From a bacterium (GTDB lineage: Bacteria > Patescibacteriota > Patescibacteriia > UBA1558 > UBA10009), in assembly GCA_018672055.1 (NCBI GenBank), contig JABHGM010000001.1:736977-800976 (forward strand): a stretch of DNA of 64,000 nucleotides. The letters run 5' to 3'. The translations under genes and the position numbers were made by a program. Shown here in pieces: positions 57,935 to 64,000 of the stretch. Position 1 is the stretch's first letter, and every line of letters starts with the position of its first letter. The notes beneath the pieces were generated by a model. It was not told the origin of the DNA and did not search any database. It was given only the letters and a program-made list of their open reading frames with translations.

Positions 57935-58510
57935 ATGAATATAGAATATGAAATAACTTTCCCAAATATTAATAAAGCAGATATCAGGAAAAGATTAAAA
58001 AAAGCTAAAGCTAAGTTAATAAGAAAAACTTTTTTACAAAAAAGACATACATATAATTTACCAAATGGTCATAGAGTTAAACATGGCTGGGCACGTGTAA
58101 GAAATGACGGTGGTCAAATTACTCTGAGCATTAAAATGATAACGGGTAAAAAAATAAGTGATCAAAAAGAAATTTGTTTAAATGTTGATAATTATGATGA
58201 TGCAAATCAAATATTACAAATACTCGGATGTAAACAAAAAGCCTACCAAGAAACTAAAAGAGAATTATGGAAATTAGGCTCTACAGAAATAACTATAGAT
58301 GAATGGCCTTTCTTAGAACCTTTTATAGAAATAGAAGGTAAATCAAAAAAGAAAGTAAAAGAAGTAGTAACTAAACTAGATTTTAATTATAATGAAGGAA
58401 TAATTGGCGCCGTAGACGAATTATATGCTAAGAAATATAATATATCTAAATATAGAATAAATAATAAAACACCAAAGATAGTATTTAAAATGAAAAATCC
58501 ATTTATTTAA
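57935..58510 (+). CDS. CYTH domain protein
   Basis: IEYE (ExE), WARVR, ETKRELW and FIEIEG motifs. Confidence 0.85.
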   Translation: MNIEYEITFPNINKADIRKRLKKAKAKLIRKTFLQKRHTYNLPNGHRVKHGWARVRNDGGQITLSIKMITGKKISDQKEICLNVDNYDDANQILQILGCKQKAYQETKRELWKLGSTEITIDEWPFLEPFIEIEGKSKKKVKEVVTKLDFNYNEGIIGAVDELYAKKYNISKYRINNKTPKIVFKMKNPFI

Positions 58511-58519
58511 TACAATAAT

Positions 58520-58903
58520 ATGAAAACAATACTAGTAGATGCAATTAATACTTTTGTAATAAAAGAAGTAGGAATATTTAATGAAATGCACCAAATGCTT
58601 GAAGAATATCCAAATAAAAAAATTATTTTAACTTCTGCAAATGATGAACAAGTGAAAATGTTTAAACTTGATAATATGCCTTATGAAATATTTACTTTAA
58701 AACATGAACCAGAAAAAACCGATCCAAATTATTATAAAACAATGTTAAGTAACTTTAATCTTAATGCTCAGGATGTAATTTATTTCGAACATAATAAAGA
58801 AGCAGTAGAAAGTGCAAAATCAGTAGGTATTAAGACATTTCATTATAATAAAGATACTAAAGATTTAACTACATTAAAAAAATTTATTGATAAAGAACTA
58901 TAA
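58520..58903 (+). CDS. HAD-like hydrolase
   Basis: ILVDA, LTS, PEKTDP and YFEH motifs. Confidence 0.7.
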   Translation: MKTILVDAINTFVIKEVGIFNEMHQMLEEYPNKKIILTSANDEQVKMFKLDNMPYEIFTLKHEPEKTDPNYYKTMLSNFNLNAQDVIYFEHNKEAVESAKSVGIKTFHYNKDTKDLTTLKKFIDKEL

Positions 58904-58927
58904 TAATCTGAATTAAATAATACTATT

Positions 58928-59236
58928 ATGAAATATAATAAACTCATAAGAGATAAAATACCTGAAATAATAAAAAAGAGCGGCTTAAAATCTGTTACTC
59001 ATATTGCTGACGATAAAGAATATAAGCAAAAATTAAGAGCTAAACTTCAAGAAGAAGTTGATGAATTTTTGGAAGAATCAAATGAAGAAGAACTTGCTGA
59101 TATCTTAGAAGTTATTAATGCACTTTGTGATCTATATAAGTTTGATAAAAATAATGTAGAACAAATTAGAAAAGAAAAAGCTGAAAAACGAGGTAGCTTT
59201 CAAGAAAGGATAATTCTTGAGGAAACTAAAAAATAA
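58928..59236 (+). CDS. MazG-like nucleoside triphosphate pyrophosphohydrolase
   Basis: YNKLIRDKIP...KLQEEVDE...EELADILEV...KRGSF. Confidence 0.85.
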   Translation: MKYNKLIRDKIPEIIKKSGLKSVTHIADDKEYKQKLRAKLQEEVDEFLEESNEEELADILEVINALCDLYKFDKNNVEQIRKEKAEKRGSFQERIILEETKK

Positions 59237-59248
59237 ATAACTTGAAAG

Positions 59249-60430
59249 ATGATTAACCTTGTGCAAAAAAAATTAAAAGCAAATATTTGGAAATATTTTT
59301 TAAATAATTTAACAAACAGAAGAAGTTATTTACCTATTCTGTCAATTTATTTTCTATCTCTACCAAATACTGTTGCTCATCAAATAGGTATATATACTGG
59401 TATTGGCTGGTTAGTAGGATTTTTACTAGAAATTCCATCTGGTTATTTATCAGATATAATTGGTCATAAAAAAACGTTAGTTTTAGCTAAATTTTCTATG
59501 CTATTTTCAACGCTTTTTTTTGTTTTTAGTAATTCAATATTATTTTTTATATTAGGCTCAATTTTTATGGCTTTTGGCTTTGCTTTTACATCAGGAACAG
59601 ATGGAGCCTTTTTACATAATACACTTGTCAGCTTAAAAAGAGAGAAAGATTATGCAAATATCAAAGGCAAAATTAGTGCTAAAGTTTCATTAATCTCTGC
59701 TGGTATGATTCTATTGCTACCAATACTAACAAAAATTTCTTTAACAATGCCTATTAAGGCATATTTAATTTTTGATATTATTGGTATTGTAGTTGCTTTT
59801 TCTCTGTTCTCACCTACAGTAGAATATAGCGCAAAAGATGAAAAAGGAGAAAAACTATTATCACAATTAAAAAGATTTAAAGGTACAGGATTTTATACTA
59901 CTTCATTATTCTTAGGTATCATTGGCGCTTTTATTCTGGTGATTTCTCCATTCAAGGAACTTTTTGTAGAATCCTTAGGCCTTCCTATAGTCTATATTGG
60001 TTCAATAATGGCTTTGTCAAGATTAATTTGGTTTATTGTAGGACATAATCTATCTATAATAAAAAAGATACAGATTAAAAAATTACTATTCTACGAAATA
60101 TTTTTCTTTTCTGGTTTAATTATAATAAGCTCACAATCAAAAAATCCTTATCTTGCAGGCATATTAATAGCTATAATGATTGGATATTATTTTGGCAGAA
60201 GCCCAATATTTGATGAATATTACCTTAATAATTTTTTGATTAATAAAAGATACAAAGCTACTATGCTTTCTACTAAGCAATTAATTAGCAAATTACTTAG
60301 CTCAGGTCTTGTCTTAGCCACAGGTATAGTTATGACCATATCCTTTAACTTAGGATTTCTTATCTCTGGTATATCTATGCTAATTATGCTATTAATAATT
60401 TACCCATTCTTAAAAAAATATATTAAATAA
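59249..60430 (+). CDS. MFS transporter
   Basis: EIPSGYLSDIIGHKK motif A and SGTDGA. Confidence 0.85.
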   Translation: MINLVQKKLKANIWKYFLNNLTNRRSYLPILSIYFLSLPNTVAHQIGIYTGIGWLVGFLLEIPSGYLSDIIGHKKTLVLAKFSMLFSTLFFVFSNSILFFILGSIFMAFGFAFTSGTDGAFLHNTLVSLKREKDYANIKGKISAKVSLISAGMILLLPILTKISLTMPIKAYLIFDIIGIVVAFSLFSPTVEYSAKDEKGEKLLSQLKRFKGTGFYTTSLFLGIIGAFILVISPFKELFVESLGLPIVYIGSIMALSRLIWFIVGHNLSIIKKIQIKKLLFYEIFFFSGLIIISSQSKNPYLAGILIAIMIGYYFGRSPIFDEYYLNNFLINKRYKATMLSTKQLISKLLSSGLVLATGIVMTISFNLGFLISGISMLIMLLIIYPFLKKYIK

Positions 60431-60437
60431 AATCTAT

Positions 60438-60911
60438 ATGACAAAAATATTTAAAATACTATCAGAGGAACATCAAAACATATTAAAAGTAATAAATGAC
60501 TTACTCAAAGAATGTGATACTCTAGAATCTAAAAATGAACTCAATTTAGAATTCTTTAATAAGACAATTGATTTTATAATAAATTATGCAGATAAATTTC
60601 ATCATGCTAAAGAAGAAGATATATTATTTATTGAATTAAATAAAGAAGGTGTTCAAATGCCTTGCAACCCAATAGAACAAATGCTACACGAACATGAACT
60701 GGGCAGAAACTATATAAATGAATTAAAGAAGCAAATTGATGAAAATAATATAGAAAAAATAATTGAAAATTCAAGAGGTTATGCAAGCCTTCTTCAAGAA
60801 CATATATATAAAGAAGATAATATCCTCTACCCTATGGCTGAGGAAGCATTAAGTGAAGATACTAAAAATAAAATATTAAATAAATTTAATGAAATAGAAA
60901 ATAAATTATAA
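60438..60911 (+). CDS. Hemerythrin domain protein
   Basis: EH, HHAKEE, HEH and HIYKED motifs. Confidence 0.9.
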   Translation: MTKIFKILSEEHQNILKVINDLLKECDTLESKNELNLEFFNKTIDFIINYADKFHHAKEEDILFIELNKEGVQMPCNPIEQMLHEHELGRNYINELKKQIDENNIEKIIENSRGYASLLQEHIYKEDNILYPMAEEALSEDTKNKILNKFNEIENKL

Positions 60912-60927
60912 TTAATTAAATAATAAT

Positions 60928-61296
60928 ATGAAAACTAAAGATATATTAAAAATATCATCGTTCCCAGTACTTATCGGATCATTATGTTGCCTAGGTCCAA
61001 TTATACTTGTAGCTTTAGGTTTAAGTACTGTTACCTTTGCTGCTTCACTTACTGATACTTTCTATGGAGAATATAGATGGGTATTTAGAATAGTAGCTCT
61101 TATTTTGTTAACAATTTCAGTTATATTCTATCTTAGACGTTCAAAAGATATATGTACTATAGATCAAGCAAAAAGAAGAAGAAATGAAATTATAAACATA
61201 GTAGCAATTGTTTTAATTACAGCTGTACTCGGCTATATCTTCTTTCTTTATGTAGTAGTTCATTATATTGGTGTATGGTTTAATATTTGGCAATAA
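60928..61296 (+). CDS. MerT/MerF-like heavy-metal transport membrane protein
   Basis: SLCCLGPIILVALG in the first transmembrane segment; 3 transmembrane segments. Confidence 0.65.
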   Translation: MKTKDILKISSFPVLIGSLCCLGPIILVALGLSTVTFAASLTDTFYGEYRWVFRIVALILLTISVIFYLRRSKDICTIDQAKRRRNEIINIVAIVLITAVLGYIFFLYVVVHYIGVWFNIWQ

Positions 61297-61351
61297 ATTA
61301 TATATAACGACTGAATTAAGTAATACTTTTTTTTATTTATTAAAAATAACA

Positions 61352-62164
61352 ATGGAAACATTTATACAAGCACTTATTATGTCATTTAGGGAAGGTTTAG
61401 AAGCCTTTTTAATAATTACTATAATATTGAAATTCCTAGACAAAACAAATAGCGCTAATTTTAAAAAAGATGTTTGGAATGGAACTATTATGGGAGTAAT
61501 AATTTCTTTAATTTTAGGAATTACTTTAATGATATTATCCTCATTTATTGGCGGTCTTAGTACCACGGCTAAACTTTGGGAAAGTATTGCTGGTTTTATA
61601 GCTGTAATTCTAATTACAACTTTCATTGTTTGGATGATAAAAAACGGCAGTAAGATTAAAAATCATGTTGAAAATAAAACAGCTCTTAATCTATCAAAAA
61701 AAGGAATATTCCTTTTAGCTTTATTTATGATAACCAGAGAAGGTGCAGAAATTGCTTTATTCTCATTTGCTGGAAAATATTCTATAACGCCTATTATCTT
61801 AGGAATATTATTATCTATTGGTGTTGTTATGTTAATTCACTATTCACTGATAAAAATAAAGTTAAAGACAATTCTATTTATTACACTCGCCTATCTTATA
61901 CTTCAGGCTGGATTCTTATCAGGATACAGTATTCATGAAGGATTATCTGCTGCAAAAAGTTTAAATGTATTAAATGAGAATAACCCAATATTTTTAAAAG
62001 CTTTTGATTTATCAGATACAATATTCTATCATAAAGAAGGAGCTGTAGGTTTACCTTTATATGTAGTATTTGGCTGGTATTCAAAGCCAGAGTGGATTCA
62101 ACTAATATTACAATACAGCTATATATTACTATTTTTCAGTTATTGGTATAAAAAAAATAAATAA
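61352..62164 (+). CDS. FTR1/EfeU family iron permease
   Basis: Two RExxE motifs (REGLE, REGAE); start moved to the ATG at 61352. Confidence 0.85.
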   Translation: METFIQALIMSFREGLEAFLIITIILKFLDKTNSANFKKDVWNGTIMGVIISLILGITLMILSSFIGGLSTTAKLWESIAGFIAVILITTFIVWMIKNGSKIKNHVENKTALNLSKKGIFLLALFMITREGAEIALFSFAGKYSITPIILGILLSIGVVMLIHYSLIKIKLKTILFITLAYLILQAGFLSGYSIHEGLSAAKSLNVLNENNPIFLKAFDLSDTIFYHKEGAVGLPLYVVFGWYSKPEWIQLILQYSYILLFFSYWYKKNK

Positions 62165-62165
62165 T

Positions 62166-62378
62166 ATGGATTATAATATAATTAGATCAATAATATTCTT
62201 AATAGCTGGTTTAGTATCAATTATTTTTTCAAAGCAGCTTAATAATTTTAAAAATAAAATACTCTTAAAACTAAATCAAGAAAATAAAATAAAAGATGAA
62301 ACAAAGCAATATTATTATTTAGGCATTTTGTTTATAATAATCGCAATAATATTATTTATATACTCATTAAATAATTAA
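62166..62378 (+). CDS. Small membrane protein (2 transmembrane segments)
   Basis: 70-aa ORF starting 1 nt after the FTR1 stop. Confidence 0.6.
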   Translation: MDYNIIRSIIFLIAGLVSIIFSKQLNNFKNKILLKLNQENKIKDETKQYYYLGILFIIIAIILFIYSLNN

Positions 62379-62386
62379 ATTAAATA

Positions 62387-62418
62387 AAAAAAGAAGAGTT
62401 AATTAACTCTTCTTTTTT
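62387..62418. terminator. Bidirectional terminator
   Basis: AAAAAAGAAGAGTT-AATT-AACTCTTCTTTTTT. Confidence 0.8.
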
Positions 62419-62432
62419 GTATATCTTATATT

Positions 62433-62909
62433 TTACTTTAAAGTAACTTGAGCACCTGCTTCTTCTAATGTTTTCTTCATAGCTTCTGCATCAGCTTTCT
62501 TTACAGCTTCTTTAATAACCTTAGGAGCACTATCTACTAAATCTTTAGCTTCTTTTAAGCCAAGTTCAGTAGCAGCTCTAACAGCTTTAATTACACCAAT
62601 CTTATTATCACCAATACCAGTAAGCTCTACATCAAAACTATCTTTTTCTTCGGCAGCACCAGCATCACCAGCAACACCAGGAGCAGCAGCTACAGCCATA
62701 GGAGCAGCAGCACTAACACCAAATTTATCTTCTAAAAGTGAAACTAATTCAGATAGATCAAGTACTGACATTTTTTCAATCTCTTCAACTAGAGATTTGA
62801 ATTTGCTAGGTACTTTTACTTCTTTAGTTTCTTCTTTTGTGTCCTTTGGAGTTTCCTCTTTTTTAGGTTCTTCCTTAGGAGCTTCGGTCTTTTTTTCTTC
62901 GTCTGTCAT
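62433..62909 (-). CDS. rplL: 50S ribosomal protein L7/L12
   Basis: [17 protein letters not shown] and [10 protein letters not shown] motifs. Confidence 0.97.
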   Translation of the reverse strand: MTDEEKKTEAPKEEPKKEETPKDTKEETKEVKVPSKFKSLVEEIEKMSVLDLSELVSLLEDKFGVSAAAPMAVAAAPGVAGDAGAAEEKDSFDVELTGIGDNKIGVIKAVRAATELGLKEAKDLVDSAPKVIKEAVKKADAEAMKKTLEEAGAQVTLK

Positions 62910-62937
62910 ATGTTTTTATAATTTAATTATTAATATA

Positions 62938-63462
62938 TTAATTTTTAGTATCTTTAACTGCATTTAAAACGTTTACTAGGTTTCTAATATTGCCACCTAA
63001 AACATTTACAAAACTAGATATTGGAGCTTTTATAGTACCAACAGTTTTAGCAATAAGTTCAATTCTAGATGGTAATAATGCAAGCTCTTTAACTTTATCA
63101 ACATTAATCTGTTCTTGTTCTAAGAAACCACCGTGAATTTGTAATTCTTCATGATCTTTAGAAAAATTATTTAATATTTTTGCAGGAGCTACTTCATCTT
63201 CTGTACCAAAAGCAACGGCTACGTTACCTTCCCATTCAGCCATATCTATTTCTGCAAACTTACTTTGCTTTAAAGCTTCTTTAATAAAAGTCTTTTTTGA
63301 TGCTTGATAGTTTACTTTCTCTTCTCTTAGATTCTTTCTAAGTTCCTGAGCATTAGCTACGCTTAAACCTTTAAACGATGTAAAAACTACTGATTTTGAA
63401 TTACTTAAATTATCAGTTAAGCTTTTTACTTCTTGTTCCTTTTGTTTTCTTGTTTTTGCCAT
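62938..63462 (-). CDS. rplJ: 50S ribosomal protein L10
   Basis: KGLSVA...ELRK and LALLPSR motifs; upstream of rplL. Confidence 0.95.
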   Translation of the reverse strand: MAKTRKQKEQEVKSLTDNLSNSKSVVFTSFKGLSVANAQELRKNLREEKVNYQASKKTFIKEALKQSKFAEIDMAEWEGNVAVAFGTEDEVAPAKILNNFSKDHEELQIHGGFLEQEQINVDKVKELALLPSRIELIAKTVGTIKAPISSFVNVLGGNIRNLVNVLNAVKDTKN

Positions 63463-63488
63463 ATTTATATATATTTAAAAAATCTGCG

Positions 63489-63573
63489 TTACCACAGATA
63501 ATTTAGCTAAAGTTAGCTAATTTTTTAACCTACGTAAGATTTATATCATGTTGATACCTACGGTCTGTGGTAA
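63489..63573 (-). ncRNA. Ribosomal protein L10 leader
   Basis: Closing helix TTACCACAGA/TCTGTGGTAA enclosing AGACCGTAGG...TAAAT-CTTACGTAGG, in the rplJ 5' UTR. Confidence 0.75.
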
Positions 63574-63614
63574 TAATTTATATTAGTATATCAAATTATA
63601 TTGATAAGTCAAGC

Positions 63615-63773
63615 CTATTTCATTGTTATATAGTCTATTTGTATAACTATGACCTCTTCATGAGCATAATCGCTAAATACGTCGTTCATGAAATAGATTA
63701 CAGAATAACCAAAAACTACTATTAATAATAGGGCTAGTACTGGTGAAACTTTTTGTTTAAAAAAATTCTTCAT
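63615..63773 (-). CDS. Small membrane protein (52 aa)
   Basis: Read by hand: MKNFFKQKVSPVLALLLIVVFGYSVIYFMNDVFSDYAHEEVIVIQIDYITMK*. Confidence 0.5.
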   Translation of the reverse strand: MKNFFKQKVSPVLALLLIVVFGYSVIYFMNDVFSDYAHEEVIVIQIDYITMK

Positions 63774-63811
63774 AAATATATGATACTTTATATTAATAAA
63801 CTTTTCAACTA

Positions 63812-64000
63812 TTAAGAAAAACTTTTAATCCAGTTATCAAAAATCTCTCGTATTTCTTTTAAATGCTCTACCTCTTTAAAAGTATGTGGAGCTCCCTCAA
63901 TTAAATGAATTTCTTTATTATCACCTGGAATTGCTTTAAATAAAATTTGTTGATGTTTTAATGGTGTACTAGCATCTTTTGTACCAACAATTAAGAGTAC
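63812..64000 (-). CDS. Alpha/beta hydrolase, C-terminal part (truncated at the window edge)
   Basis: VLLIVGTKDASTP...IEGAPHTF...IFDNWIKSFS*. Confidence 0.75.
   Translation of the reverse strand, partial: VLLIVGTKDASTPLKHQQILFKAIPGDNKEIHLIEGAPHTFKEVEHLKEIREIFDNWIKSFS

Noticed and set aside
48251-62084. Short ORFs 48251-48568, 49533-49865, 51454-51699, 61333-61626 and 61896-62084
   Set aside because: Antisense shadows of ftsI, ftsL/rsmH, the HAD gene and FTR1.
62433-62909. Charged N-terminal extension on L7/L12
   Set aside because: A low-complexity extension that is probably a lineage trait, with no evidence of a new function.

Overview
A very AT-rich bacterial chromosomal window using genetic code 11. 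By inference it comes from a Patescibacteria/CPR (Parcubacteria-like) genome: there is a TTCGG-N6-TTCGG LexA box, a reduced dcw cluster, a short TsaB, a large S-layer-like protein, and core genes mostly lack Shine-Dalgarno sites. Positions 1-14.2 kb form an accessory/defence island. It holds a frameshifted NUDIX gene, a promoter- and terminator-bounded ~67-nt structured ncRNA candidate, a RelE-like/HTH-Panacea toxin-antitoxin pair, short orphan genes, a Cas4-like nuclease, a type III R-M system whose mod gene carries an in-frame amber stop, and an 813-aa Zn-ribbon/PD-(D/E)XK-like protein. Four copies of a non-palindromic ~40-72-bp repeat sit at gene junctions in this island and suggest an undescribed gene-cassette architecture. 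Positions 14.3-31.1 kb are a surface-glycosylation/S-layer locus with an ECF sigma/anti-sigma pair. Next come a lexA-ORF-dinB SOS cassette and an FCB-group-style secreted protein with dockerin-like and T9SS-type C-terminal domains. The remainder contains SPFH and pseudo-HtrA genes, uppS, an M23 peptidase, a HigBA-like pair beside tRNA-Glu(CTC), mraZ-rsmH-ftsL-ftsI-murF, housekeeping and transport genes, a hemerythrin/MerT-like/FTR1 cluster, and rplJ-rplL with an L10 leader. All calls rest on motifs read by eye; no database searches were run.
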